NCBI GenBank assembly: GCA_044222475.1 | Contig: JBGANF010000004.1 | Coordinates: 64,001-128,000 of the forward strand | DNA: 64,000 bases | From: Polyangiaceae bacterium | GTDB taxonomy: Bacteria > Myxococcota_A > Polyangia > Polyangiales > Polyangiaceae | Direction: 5' to 3' | In this document: positions 9,039-18,277 of the stretch, in pieces | How the letters are laid out: the number at the start of each line of letters is the position of its first letter | Numbering within the stretch: the stretch's first letter is position 1 | Translations under genes and position numbers: made by a program | The notes under the pieces: model-generated | What the model was told of the DNA's origin: nothing | Seen by the model: only the letters and a program-made list of their open reading frames with translations | Databases searched by the model: none

Positions 9039-10028
9039 TCACTTGCAGCAGATCGTCGACTTGCCTTTGAGGGTCGGGGCTGCGGTCTTGGGCCCCGTGA
9101 CGTTGCATCCCTTGGTCAACGTACCAGGCAGGTACTTCGCGTAGCGCACCGAGGCACCCGCACCGGTGACCGGCTTGCACGTGCCGTCCACGACGAAGCT
9201 CGCCGCCTGGTTCGTGCAGTTCGAGTCGGTGTACATACCGACCGTGGCGGTGCCGCAGGTGGACGCGCCGTTGACGTCGCAGGTGCCGCAGCTCGAGCAG
9301 TTGAGATCGAAGTCGGAGCCGACGACCTCCCGCTTGGCGTTCCACCCCGTCGGGCACGCCTCGTCCGCTCCTTTGGTGATGCAGGTCCCCCACCCCGTGA
9401 GCCCGTCGCGACAGACGTCCTCGGCGCATTTCGCGGCGACGTCGCACGTGCGACGCGCGGACTTGTCCACGAGGGACTTGTCCTCCTTGACCGCCGACGT
9501 GCACGCTCCGTCGGTGGGAGGGAGCTTCGCCATCTTCTCGTAGCTGTTGATGTTGAACTGACCGACGTCCTTGCAGCCGGGGAACGTCGGCATCACGCCG
9601 GTGTTCCCGCAGTTCGCGTCCATCGCGTAGTAGAAGGTGACCTGACCCTTGTCGCAGACGGGGTCCTTGGTGATGGTGCACGCGCAGTCGCACGCGCCGA
9701 CCTTCGCCGCAACCTGACTCATGGAGTCGTTCGAGGCCCAACCCGTGGGGCAGGCCGAGCTCGGATCCGGCGGCGACACGACCAACGTCCAGCCGCCGGG
9801 CACCGACTTGGTGCAGGGCCCGGTGTCGAGGCAATTCGCGGCGTCGGGAAGCGGCGGCGGCGGCGGCGCGTCGACGGTGGCGTCGAGTGGGAGCACGGTC
9901 GCGTCGTCGGTCGCGTCGGGACCGGCGTCCACCGACGAGGGGAGCAGACCCGCGCTGTCCAAGCCGCACCCTCCCAGCACGACGGCGACGAGGATCACCG
10001 GAGTCGAGGTCTGCGCGCGAGGGTGCAC
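9039..10028 (-). CDS. Cys-rich lipoprotein of myxobacterial type
   Basis: Lipobox LGGC, Asp/Ala/Pro-rich linker, then many cysteines (CDCAC, CPTGW twice). Confidence 0.75.
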   Translation of the reverse strand: MHPRAQTSTPVILVAVVLGGCGLDSAGLLPSSVDAGPDATDDATVLPLDATVDAPPPPPLPDAANCLDTGPCTKSVPGGWTLVVSPPDPSSACPTGWASNDSMSQVAAKVGACDCACTITKDPVCDKGQVTFYYAMDANCGNTGVMPTFPGCKDVGQFNINSYEKMAKLPPTDGACTSAVKEDKSLVDKSARRTCDVAAKCAEDVCRDGLTGWGTCITKGADEACPTGWNAKREVVGSDFDLNCSSCGTCDVNGASTCGTATVGMYTDSNCTNQAASFVVDGTCKPVTGAGASVRYAKYLPGTLTKGCNVTGPKTAAPTLKGKSTICCK

Positions 10029-10061
10029 GATCGAAGCCTAGCGCACTTCGTCGCTAGGGCG

Positions 10062-11126
10062 TCAGCGGTACCCGGGCGGCCACTGCGGGGCTGGCGGGAC
10101 CGGCGGGACAGGCGGTGCAGCCCCCGCGCGCCAGGCGAAATTCGCGGTTCGTCCCATGAGGAGCGCGAACCCGCGGAGGTCGTGCATCGTCCGAACCTCC
10201 ACGGCGACCGAGCGCAGCATCTTCTCGAAGAGCTCGCTCTCGGCTGCTCCGCCGAGGTCGTCGATCAAGACCTCGATCTCGCCGCGCGAGACCGGAGCCC
10301 ACGGCGGGGAGGTTCGCGTCACGCAGCGCTCGATGGCCTCGGCGAGGGCGGCCCGCTGCGCGTCGCTCAGGCCGGTGAACGCCGGCGCGAGCCGCGCGAT
10401 CTGCTCCTCGCGGTAGGGCTTGAGCCGCGCGGCGACCCCAGGCTCGAGGAAAGTGCTCTCCGGCCATAGACGCGGCGGTACCAAAATGGGATCTCTGGGA
10501 TCCCAGCGCAGGCTGCCGAACGCCGCGGACCGAAAGAGCCCCGCGCGGAACGGATCGAGCCCTGCCTTCGCGTAGCGCAGCGTCACGAGCATGACGCCTC
10601 CTTCGCGGTAGAGCATCGTCGCCTCTTCTCGATCGCCGCCGAACGGATCGACCCGCGCGAGGTCGTACGTCGCGGTCGCCGCCGACTCGACGCGCCAGCC
10701 GGCGCGCTGATCGACGGTGGTCTGCTTGAGCTGCGGCGCCGAGCCGGCGCGATCGCGAACGTAGAGGCCGAGCTGCCGCGCGACGATCGCGTCGGGCGTC
10801 TCGTCCGGGACGGTCGGCCGACCGAGGAAGAAGCGCACGCCGATGGGGAGGTCCGAGAGCGAGAGCAGCGCGTCGGCCGGTGGCTCACCGGGGGCGGGTC
10901 CGAACGGGAGCGGCCGCGGAAAGCCGGGCAGCGCCATCGTGAACCCGGCGCGTCGATCGGAGTAGAGCGCCGTCTCCCAGTCGTGCGCCGGAAGGTAGAA
11001 CGGGAATTGCTGCATCAGCGTCTGCCGATGGACCTGCGAGGCCCACGCGCGCTGCGCCGCGAGCCGTTGGCCCGCGTACCACTGTTCTTGCGACTGAGCC
11101 GAAGCCCAGATGAGCGCCGAGATCAT
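10062..11126 (-). CDS. Hypothetical protein
   Basis: 354-aa ORF with normal composition filling the space between neighbours; Pro-rich C-terminus. Confidence 0.65.
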   Translation of the reverse strand: MISALIWASAQSQEQWYAGQRLAAQRAWASQVHRQTLMQQFPFYLPAHDWETALYSDRRAGFTMALPGFPRPLPFGPAPGEPPADALLSLSDLPIGVRFFLGRPTVPDETPDAIVARQLGLYVRDRAGSAPQLKQTTVDQRAGWRVESAATATYDLARVDPFGGDREEATMLYREGGVMLVTLRYAKAGLDPFRAGLFRSAAFGSLRWDPRDPILVPPRLWPESTFLEPGVAARLKPYREEQIARLAPAFTGLSDAQRAALAEAIERCVTRTSPPWAPVSRGEIEVLIDDLGGAAESELFEKMLRSVAVEVRTMHDLRGFALLMGRTANFAWRAGAAPPVPPVPPAPQWPPGYR

Positions 11127-11152
11127 CCGCCGCCCTCATACCCCGGTTCAGG

Positions 11153-11602
11153 TCACTGCGAAACGGTGCAGGCCCCCTGGTTGCCACACTCGCACGTGGC
11201 CGCGCCGTTGCACTTGAGGTTGCAGCTCTTGCTGCAGCCCGTGACCTTGCACACCGGCGTGTTGATGCACTCCGTGTTGCAGCTGCCTCCGGCGCAGTCG
11301 ACGTTGCAGCTCTTGGAGTCGACGCACTGGAAGTTGCACGCGCCGCCGGGGCACGTGAACGTGCAGGTCGCGCCGGCTTTGCACTGGAAGTTGCAGGAGC
11401 CGCCGGGGCAAGCGAAGTTGCACGTCGACCCGGTGCACTCGAAGTTGCAGCTCTTGCCGTCGCCGGTGCAGGTCTGGTCGCACGCGCCGTTCGAGCACGT
11501 GCAGTTCTTCCCGATGCACGTCGCCGGGCCGGCGCTGCTGCTGCAGCCCCAGAAGAGGAGGAGACCGGCGGCCGCGAAGACGAGCGCGAAGAGGTGCTTC
11601 AT
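11153..11602 (-). CDS. Small Cys-rich repeat lipoprotein
   Basis: Signal ending FWGC; 27 Cys in 149 aa arranged as C-x3-C-x4/5 repeats. Confidence 0.8.
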   Translation of the reverse strand: MKHLFALVFAAAGLLLFWGCSSSAGPATCIGKNCTCSNGACDQTCTGDGKSCNFECTGSTCNFACPGGSCNFQCKAGATCTFTCPGGACNFQCVDSKSCNVDCAGGSCNTECINTPVCKVTGCSKSCNLKCNGAATCECGNQGACTVSQ

Positions 11603-11646
11603 CGCTCCAATGTACTCTGATCGCGATTCTGCGGTAGCGTCGGAGC

Positions 11647-12213
11647 GTGCTTCGCCGGGCTCTGGGGATCCTCTGCGCCGCCCCTTTTCTGGGCGGCTGC
11701 TCGATGATTGGCCTCGTCGAGGCCGGGCCGTCGTACGCGGTGGCGAAGGCCCACCAGAGCACCGGTTCGCTCAACGCGTACCTCGGCGTCGGTCCGGGTG
11801 ACGATCACGGCGGCGCCGGCGGCGGCGTGGAGCTCCGCGGGAAGGTCGGTCCCTCCGTGGGACAGTTCGCGTTGGGGCCCTTTCTCTACGGCATGGGCGG
11901 CCCGTCGATGACGCCGGGCTTCGTCGCGGTTCCGTTCGCGCGCGCCGGGTTCAACCTCGCGCAGTTCGAGTCGGTCGAAGGTCGGTTCGCGTTCGGCATG
12001 CTCGGGCCGCACGCGTCGGCCGGGGTGTTCCTCCGCATCTTCCCCGAGGCGGGGATGTCGATCTCGATCGACGGCGAGTACGACGTGCGGTTCACGAGCA
12101 CGCCGAACACCGGGTACCTGTCGCTGATGATCGGGTTCGGGTTCCTCGCCTACTCCGGGGGGCCGAAGTTCAGCGCGCCGAAGGCGGAGCCGGAGACCCG
12201 GCCGATTCGGTGA
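11647..12213 (+). CDS. Putative outer-membrane lipoprotein (beta-strand rich)
   Basis: Lipobox LGGC; alternating Gly/aromatic beta-strand pattern. Confidence 0.7.
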   Translation: MLRRALGILCAAPFLGGCSMIGLVEAGPSYAVAKAHQSTGSLNAYLGVGPGDDHGGAGGGVELRGKVGPSVGQFALGPFLYGMGGPSMTPGFVAVPFARAGFNLAQFESVEGRFAFGMLGPHASAGVFLRIFPEAGMSISIDGEYDVRFTSTPNTGYLSLMIGFGFLAYSGGPKFSAPKAEPETRPIR

Positions 12214-12237
12214 AGCACGCGCGCGGCACCCATGCTC

Positions 12238-13188
12238 CTACCGACGAAACCGAAAGCGCCACCTTCCGGTCAGCATCCCGCCCGTCGGCGCGGGAAACGT
12301 GATCTTGCGAAATTCGGCGAGCACGCAGAGGTTCACGTCCACCGCGAAGTTGCTCGTGTAAGCGCTGTCGATGTTGCTCTCGATGAGCTTCCCGTTGGGG
12401 TCCAACGTGAACGTGAGGGCGACGACGTCGCGGCTGGGCGCGATGCAGCGGACCAGGGCATCATGGTGCGCCTCGATCACGGCGCTCAAGGTGTCGACGG
12501 GCAGCGTGCCAGTGGGCATCAGGCACACCGCTGGAAAGCCGGTCTCCGCAGGAGTCAGGGTACCGAGCCGAAGTTGATGGCCTTGCGCGACCGCGGTCAG
12601 CACCGGTCCGAGGTCGGCGGCGGTCCCCTCGGCTGCTACCAGCTCGACGTGCGAGATCGGCCGGTCGAGGATCGTGTGCGTCGCCGTGAGAGGACGGGCG
12701 GCAGGGAACGTGGTGCGCTCGCACCCGTCATGGTCGTCTTTCATCGCTCGCCAGGTTCCGCCTTGGAGCCAGAGACGGAGCCTCGTGCCCTCGACGCGTC
12801 CCTCGACGGCCCTCAGGTCGAGGTCCACCGCCCAAGTCCCGATCTGCACTCGGTATCGAAGGTAACCCCCGGCGCCGAGCGCACGCATCACGCCGAGCAT
12901 GCGCGTGGCCAAAACATCCTCGCTGACGTGCAGAATGGACGAATGGCGAGGAGCATCGCCGCCGTGCGCCGCCACCCACATGGCGAGCCGAGTCGAATCA
13001 CTGTCGACCTCGGTCTCGTTCCACCGCAACGCCGATGGCGTTAGCCACACGTCGAGGGGCGGCTCCACGAACCCCTTGGGCTCGCGGAGCGCGCTGAGGT
13101 TTCGCGGTGCTGCTGCCCATTCTGCCGGCGATGCCGCATGGGGCGCGCATGCAGCCAAAATGAAGGCCAGAAGGATCGCGGGACGCAC
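12238..13188 (-). CDS. Lipoprotein with C-terminal AgmX/PglI (TonB-C-like) domain
   Basis: LAAC lipobox; C-terminal VIEAHHDALVRC...LTFTLDPNGKL...NLCVLAEFRKITFPAPTGG...WRFRF. Confidence 0.65.
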   Translation of the reverse strand: MRPAILLAFILAACAPHAASPAEWAAAPRNLSALREPKGFVEPPLDVWLTPSALRWNETEVDSDSTRLAMWVAAHGGDAPRHSSILHVSEDVLATRMLGVMRALGAGGYLRYRVQIGTWAVDLDLRAVEGRVEGTRLRLWLQGGTWRAMKDDHDGCERTTFPAARPLTATHTILDRPISHVELVAAEGTAADLGPVLTAVAQGHQLRLGTLTPAETGFPAVCLMPTGTLPVDTLSAVIEAHHDALVRCIAPSRDVVALTFTLDPNGKLIESNIDSAYTSNFAVDVNLCVLAEFRKITFPAPTGGMLTGRWRFRFRR

Positions 13189-13248
13189 GACGTACGAGGA
13201 TACGCCCCGGCGCCCCTTGACGCGGCGGGTCAGCGTGCTTTATTTCGC

Positions 13249-13265
13249 ACACGAAACTTTCGTGT
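13249..13265. promoter_or_regulatory. Perfect palindrome (putative repressor operator) upstream of the MFE-2 operon
   Basis: ACACGAAA-C-TTTCGTGT, just downstream of a TTGACG(13217)-N17-TTATTT promoter candidate. Confidence 0.6.
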
Positions 13266-13299
13266 AGTCATTTTCGCCACCCTTTCAGAGGTTCAGCCC

Positions 13300-16293
13300 A
13301 TGAGCGATCTGCGGTTCGACGGACGTGTCGTCATCATCACCGGCGCCGGAAACGGCCTCGGCAAGTCCCAAGCGCTTCTTTTCGCTTCGCGCGGCGCCAA
13401 GGTGGTCGTCAACGACCTGGGCGGCAAACACGACGGAACCGGCAAGGGCTCGGCCGCGGCCGACGCCGTGGTCGCCGAGATCAAGGAGAAGGGCGGCCAA
13501 GCCGTCGCCAACTACGACTCGGTCGAGAACGGCGAAGCGATCGTCAAGACCGCGATCGACGCGTTCGGCAAGGTCGACGTCGTCGTGAACAACGCCGGCA
13601 TTCTCCGCGACACGAGCTTCCAGAAGATGACCGACGCCGACTGGGACCTCATCTACAAAGTCCACGTCCTCGGCGCGTACAAGGTCACGAAGGCCGCGTG
13701 GGACAAGATGCGCGAGCAGGGTTTCGGCCGCATCATCATGACCGCGAGCGCCGCCGGCATCTACGGCAACTTCGGCCAGGCGAACTACTCGATGGCGAAG
13801 CTCGGCATCCACGGCTTCGCGCAGACGCTCGCGATCGAAGGCAAGAAGAAGAACGTCCACGTCAACACGATCGCGCCGATCGCCGGCTCGCGCATGACGG
13901 AGACGGTCCTCCCGCCGGATCTCATCGCCGCGCTCAAGCCGGAGTACGTCAGCCCGCTCGTCGCGTGGCTGTGCCACGAGAGCTGCGAAGAGAACGGCGG
14001 CCTCTTCGAGGTCGGCGGCGGCTTCTACGGCAAGCTCCGCTGGGAGCGCGCCGAGGGCAAGACGTTCAAGCTCGGCCGCAGCATCTCGCCCGACGACGTG
14101 AAGAAGAGCTGGGACACGATCACCAGCTTCGAGAAGACGACCCACCCGAGCGACGTGCAGAGCTCGATGCAGCCGATCCTCGGCAACCTCGGCACGAAGA
14201 GCCGCGGCGGCAACGATCTCATCGACGTCGACGAGGCGCTCTCGGCGCCGCCGATGGTCGCCGAGTCCAGCTACGACGAGCGCGACGTCTCGATCTACGC
14301 GCTCGGCGTCGGCGCGGCGGAGGATCCGCTCGACGCGGGCGACCTCAACCTCGTCTACGAGATGAGCGGCGACGGCTTCAAGGTCCTGCCGACGTTCGCG
14401 GTCATCCCGCCGATGAAGGTGATGCTCGAGAACTACAAGACCGGCAGGAAAGCCCCCGGCCTCAACTACGGCTTCGAGCGGCTGCTCCATGGAGAGCAGT
14501 ACACCGAGATCAAGCGGCCGCTTGCCCCCAAGGCGAAGCTCCGCCACGAGGCGAAGACGAAGGAGATCTTCGACAAGGGCAAGAACGCCGTCGTCGTGAT
14601 GGAGGTCCGCTCCTTCGACGAGAACGGCGACGAGGTCGCCTACAACGAGTTCACCTCGGTCATCCGCGGCGCGGGCGGCTGGGGTGGCGATCGCGGCCCG
14701 ACGGCAGAGGTGAACGTCGCCCCCGATCGCAAGCCCGACGCCGTCGTCGAAGAGAAGACGCACCCGAACCAGGCGCTCCTCTATCGCCTCACCGGCGACA
14801 TCAACCCGCTCCACGCCGATCCGGCGTTCGCTCAGGGCTTCGGGTTCCCGAAGCCGATCCTCCACGGGCTCTGCACCTTCGGCTTCGCCGCGCGCGCGGT
14901 GATCAAGGCGTTCTCGAAGGGGGACCCGCGCTACTTCAAGAGCATCAAGGTCCGCTTCGCCGACAGCGTGTTCCCGGGCGAGACGCTCGTCACCGAGATG
15001 TGGAAAGAGGGAGAGAAGATCGTGTTCCGCACGAAGGTGAAGGAGCGCGACAAGGTCGTCCTGTCGAACGCGGCGATCGAGCTCTACAAGGAGATCCCCA
15101 AGGCGGCGGCGCCGAAGAAGGTCGCTGCCGCTGCAGCGGGAGCGGGAGCGGGAGTGGGAGCGGGAGCGGGTGAGCCGATCAGCGCCGACATCTTCGTCGC
15201 GATGGGGCAGTACTTGGCGGCGAACGCCGACGCGGTGAAGAAGATCAACGTCGTGTACCAGTTCAAGCTCACCGGGCCCGACTCGGTGTGGACGGTCGAC
15301 ACGAAGACGGCCTCGGTCGCGAGCGGCGAGACGGCGAAGCCCGGCTGCACGCTCGAGCTCTCCAACTCGGACTTCATGGCGATGTGCACCGGCAAGGCCG
15401 ACCCGATGAAGCTCTTCATGGACAAGAAGCTTCGGATCTCGGGCGACGTCATGGCGAGCCAGAAGCTCGAGTTCCTCAAGAAGATCGATCCCAACTTGGT
15501 ACTCGACGCGGCGAAGAAGCGCGGCGGCGGTGCGGGTGCAGGCGCGGCAGCAGCAGCTCCGGCGGCCGACGCCGGCGGCGGCTCCGGCGACGTGTTCCTC
15601 GGCATCCAGGACCACGTCGAGAAGAACGCGGCCGAGCTCACGAAGATCGCGGTCGTGTACCTCTTCAAGCTCACCAACCCCGACAGCCAGTGGACGGTCG
15701 ACCTCAAGGCCGGCAAGGTCGCGCCGGGCGAGACCGCGAAGCCCGAGTGCACACTCGAGCTCTCCGACGCCGACTTCATCGCGATGGCGACCGGCAAGGC
15801 CGACCCGATGAAGCTCTTCATGGACAAGAAGCTTCGGATCTCGGGCAACGTCATGGCGAGCCAGAAGCTCGACTTCCTCAAGAAGATCGACCGAGCTGCA
15901 GCCGAGAAGGCGGTTGCGGCGAAGAAGGCAGCCGGCGGCGGAGCGGCCGCTCCGGCGGCGAGCGCTTCGAGCAGCAAGGAAGCGGTCGCGGGCAAGGTGT
16001 TCGCCGCGCTCGGCAAGCGCCTCGAAGGCAACAAGGCGCTCGGCAAGGAGCTCGGTGCGGTCGTCCTGTTCAAGGTCGACGGCGCGAGCTGGACGGTCGA
16101 CGGCGTCGCCGGAACCGTCAAAGAAGGGGCCGCCGGGGAGGCGACCGCCACGCTGACCATCGCCGACGCGGATCTCGCCGCCCTGGTGAAGGGCGAGGCT
16201 CCGGTGAAGTCGCTGTACCAACATGGGCAACTGCGCGTGGACGGTGACGTCCGCGTCGCGCACAAACTCGGGCTCCTCAACGGGCTCCTCTGA
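13300..16293 (+). CDS. Peroxisomal multifunctional enzyme type 2-like protein: SDR hydroxyacyl-CoA dehydrogenase + MaoC-type hydratase 2 + three SCP2 domains
   Basis: [34 protein letters not shown] and [14 protein letters not shown]...PILHGLC; three SCP2-like units. Start at MSDLRFDG. Confidence 0.92.
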   Translation: MSDLRFDGRVVIITGAGNGLGKSQALLFASRGAKVVVNDLGGKHDGTGKGSAAADAVVAEIKEKGGQAVANYDSVENGEAIVKTAIDAFGKVDVVVNNAGILRDTSFQKMTDADWDLIYKVHVLGAYKVTKAAWDKMREQGFGRIIMTASAAGIYGNFGQANYSMAKLGIHGFAQTLAIEGKKKNVHVNTIAPIAGSRMTETVLPPDLIAALKPEYVSPLVAWLCHESCEENGGLFEVGGGFYGKLRWERAEGKTFKLGRSISPDDVKKSWDTITSFEKTTHPSDVQSSMQPILGNLGTKSRGGNDLIDVDEALSAPPMVAESSYDERDVSIYALGVGAAEDPLDAGDLNLVYEMSGDGFKVLPTFAVIPPMKVMLENYKTGRKAPGLNYGFERLLHGEQYTEIKRPLAPKAKLRHEAKTKEIFDKGKNAVVVMEVRSFDENGDEVAYNEFTSVIRGAGGWGGDRGPTAEVNVAPDRKPDAVVEEKTHPNQALLYRLTGDINPLHADPAFAQGFGFPKPILHGLCTFGFAARAVIKAFSKGDPRYFKSIKVRFADSVFPGETLVTEMWKEGEKIVFRTKVKERDKVVLSNAAIELYKEIPKAAAPKKVAAAAAGAGAGVGAGAGEPISADIFVAMGQYLAANADAVKKINVVYQFKLTGPDSVWTVDTKTASVASGETAKPGCTLELSNSDFMAMCTGKADPMKLFMDKKLRISGDVMASQKLEFLKKIDPNLVLDAAKKRGGGAGAGAAAAAPAADAGGGSGDVFLGIQDHVEKNAAELTKIAVVYLFKLTNPDSQWTVDLKAGKVAPGETAKPECTLELSDADFIAMATGKADPMKLFMDKKLRISGNVMASQKLDFLKKIDRAAAEKAVAAKKAAGGGAAAPAASASSSKEAVAGKVFAALGKRLEGNKALGKELGAVVLFKVDGASWTVDGVAGTVKEGAAGEATATLTIADADLAALVKGEAPVKSLYQHGQLRVDGDVRVAHKLGLLNGLL
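15135..15170 (+). repeat. Hexanucleotide tandem repeat (AGCGGG)x6 encoding an Ala-Gly linker
   Basis: Six units, one variant AGTGGG; between the hydratase and the first SCP2 domain. Confidence 0.8.
15388..15890 (+). repeat. Intragenic direct repeat between SCP2 domains 1 and 2
   Basis: 15388-15488 versus 15790-15890: 101 bp with two mismatches, offset 402 bp. Confidence 0.85.
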
Positions 16294-16319
16294 TCACATC
16301 CACGGCAGGAGATAAACAC

Positions 16320-17498
16320 ATGGGTCGCAAGGTCAACGTTCTCGGCGTGGGGATGATCAAGTTCGCGAAGCCAGGCGCGAGCGAGGACTACAACGTCATG
16401 GCAGCGAAGGCGGCGCGCGCCGCCCTCGAAGACGCGAAGGTGAAGTACGAAGAGGTGGAGCAGGCGTACGCCGGCTACGTCTACGGCGACAGCACCTGCG
16501 GGCAGCGCGCCGTCTATGACGTCGGGCTCACCGGCATCCCGGTGTTCAACGTGAACAACAACTGCTCCACCGGCTCGACCGCGCTGTACCTCGCGCGTCA
16601 GGCGGTCGAAGGCGGGCTCGCCGAGTGCGTCCTCGTCGTCGGCTTCGAGCAGATGGAGAAGGGCGCGCTCGCGTCGAAGTACACCGACCGCACCAACCCG
16701 CTCGACCAGCACGTCGGCGTCATGAGCAAGGAGCAGGGCTTCAACGACGCCCCGCCGGCCGCTCAGATGTTCGGCGGCGCCGGCCGCGAGTACCGCTGGC
16801 GCTACGGCACCAAGAAGGAGACCTTCGGCAAGGTCAGCGAGAAGGCGCGCAAGCACGCGGCGAAGAACCCGTTCGCGATCTTCAACGAGCCACTCACCCT
16901 CGACGACATCATGAAGTCGCCGGAGGTGTTCGATCCCCTCACCCGCTATCAGTGCTGCCCGCCCACGTGCGGCGCCGCCGCGGCGATCCTCTGCAGCGAC
17001 GATTTCGCCCGGAAGAAGGGCGTCGCCAAGCCCGTCTACATCGCGGCCCAATCGATGACGACCGACTACGGCTCGAGCTTCGGCGACAGCATGATCAAGA
17101 TGGTCGGCTACGACATGACGGCGAACGGCGCGAAGCAGGTCTACGAGAAGGCGGGCCTCGGCCCGAACGACGTCCAGGTCGTCGAGCTCCACGACTGCTT
17201 CACCGCGAACGAGATCCTCACCTACGAGGCGCTCGGGCTGTGCAAGGAAGGCGAAGCCGAGAAGTTCATCTGGGAAGGCCAGAACACGTACGGCGGCAAG
17301 TACGTCACGAACCCAAGCGGCGGGTTGCTCTCGAAGGGCCACCCCCTCGGCGCGACCGGCCTCGCTCAGTGCACCGAGCTCGTGTGGCAGCTCCGCGGCC
17401 AAGCCGACAAGCGCCAGGTCGACGGCGCGAAGGTCGCGCTCCAGCACAACCTGGGGCTCGGCGGTGCGTGCGTCATCACGATGTATCGCAAGGACTGA
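16320..17498 (+). CDS. SCP-x-type thiolase (lipid-transfer protein family)
   Basis: [45 protein letters not shown]. Confidence 0.93.
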   Translation: MGRKVNVLGVGMIKFAKPGASEDYNVMAAKAARAALEDAKVKYEEVEQAYAGYVYGDSTCGQRAVYDVGLTGIPVFNVNNNCSTGSTALYLARQAVEGGLAECVLVVGFEQMEKGALASKYTDRTNPLDQHVGVMSKEQGFNDAPPAAQMFGGAGREYRWRYGTKKETFGKVSEKARKHAAKNPFAIFNEPLTLDDIMKSPEVFDPLTRYQCCPPTCGAAAAILCSDDFARKKGVAKPVYIAAQSMTTDYGSSFGDSMIKMVGYDMTANGAKQVYEKAGLGPNDVQVVELHDCFTANEILTYEALGLCKEGEAEKFIWEGQNTYGGKYVTNPSGGLLSKGHPLGATGLAQCTELVWQLRGQADKRQVDGAKVALQHNLGLGGACVITMYRKD

Positions 17499-17521
17499 CG
17501 AGTCGCGCTAAAGACGGTGCG

Positions 17522-18268
17522 TTGACTCGCACCGTCGCCGACTACCTTCGCGAAGGCCCGTTCACCCTCGTCCTCTCGGCGGGGTTCTTCGGGTTCTACG
17601 CACACGCCGGCGCTCTGGCGGCGATCGTCGAAGCGGGCCTCGCGCCTGCCCGCGTCGCCGGCGCGAGCGCCGGTGCGCTGGTCGGCGGGCTCCACGCGGG
17701 CGGCGTCCCACATGGGGACATCACCGAGGAGCTCCTCTCGCTTCGTCGGGAGCACTTCTGGGACCCCGCCCCCGGAGCTGGTCTGCTCCGCGGTGGGCTC
17801 TTCCGTGCTCGCGTGAAGAAGCTCCTCCGTCACGAGACGTTCGAGGACGCGCCGGTGCCGGCCGCGCTCTCCACGTGGGACGTCCGCACGCGACGAACCG
17901 TGGTCCAACGCACCGGAGACCTCGCGACCGCCATCTGCGCCTCCTGCGCGTTTCCGGTGCTCCTCCAACCGGTGCGCATCGGCGGACGGTTGCAGCTCGA
18001 CGGCGGGATCGCCGATCGCCCCGCGCACGCGTCGCTCACGCCCGGGGAGCGGGTCCTGTTCCATCACCTTCCCGAGCAGTCGCCGTGGCGATTCGGGAAG
18101 ACACCCATCCCACGGCGCGTCGGGATGGTCACGGTCGCGCCTCCTGACTTGCCGAGGCTTGGTCCGTTCGCGCTCGAGGAGGGACGTCGCGCGCACGACC
18201 TCGCCCGAGATCACATGCGGCGCAGCCTCGACGACATGCTCGCAGCGCAAGTCGAGCGTCCGCGGTAA
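17522..18268 (+). CDS. Patatin-like phospholipase
   Basis: LVLSAGFFGFYAHAG, GASAG, ASCAFP, DGG. Start approximate (TTG 17522). Confidence 0.85.
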   Translation: MTRTVADYLREGPFTLVLSAGFFGFYAHAGALAAIVEAGLAPARVAGASAGALVGGLHAGGVPHGDITEELLSLRREHFWDPAPGAGLLRGGLFRARVKKLLRHETFEDAPVPAALSTWDVRTRRTVVQRTGDLATAICASCAFPVLLQPVRIGGRLQLDGGIADRPAHASLTPGERVLFHHLPEQSPWRFGKTPIPRRVGMVTVAPPDLPRLGPFALEEGRRAHDLARDHMRRSLDDMLAAQVERPR

Positions 18269-18277
18269 GATGATGCC

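Noticed and set aside
13138..13299. N-terminal extensions in the ORF track (MFE-2; also boxA, boxB, hsp20, dgc, pcm, tandem hydrolase)
   Set aside because: They overlap neighbouring genes or promoter/operator motifs; family similarity begins at the downstream starts.
13285..16263. Very long antisense ORFs (992 aa here; also 27139-29244, 30804-33077, 33081-35165 and others)
   Set aside because: They mirror well-supported genes on the opposite strand and have no recognisable motifs; such shadow ORFs are expected at high GC.
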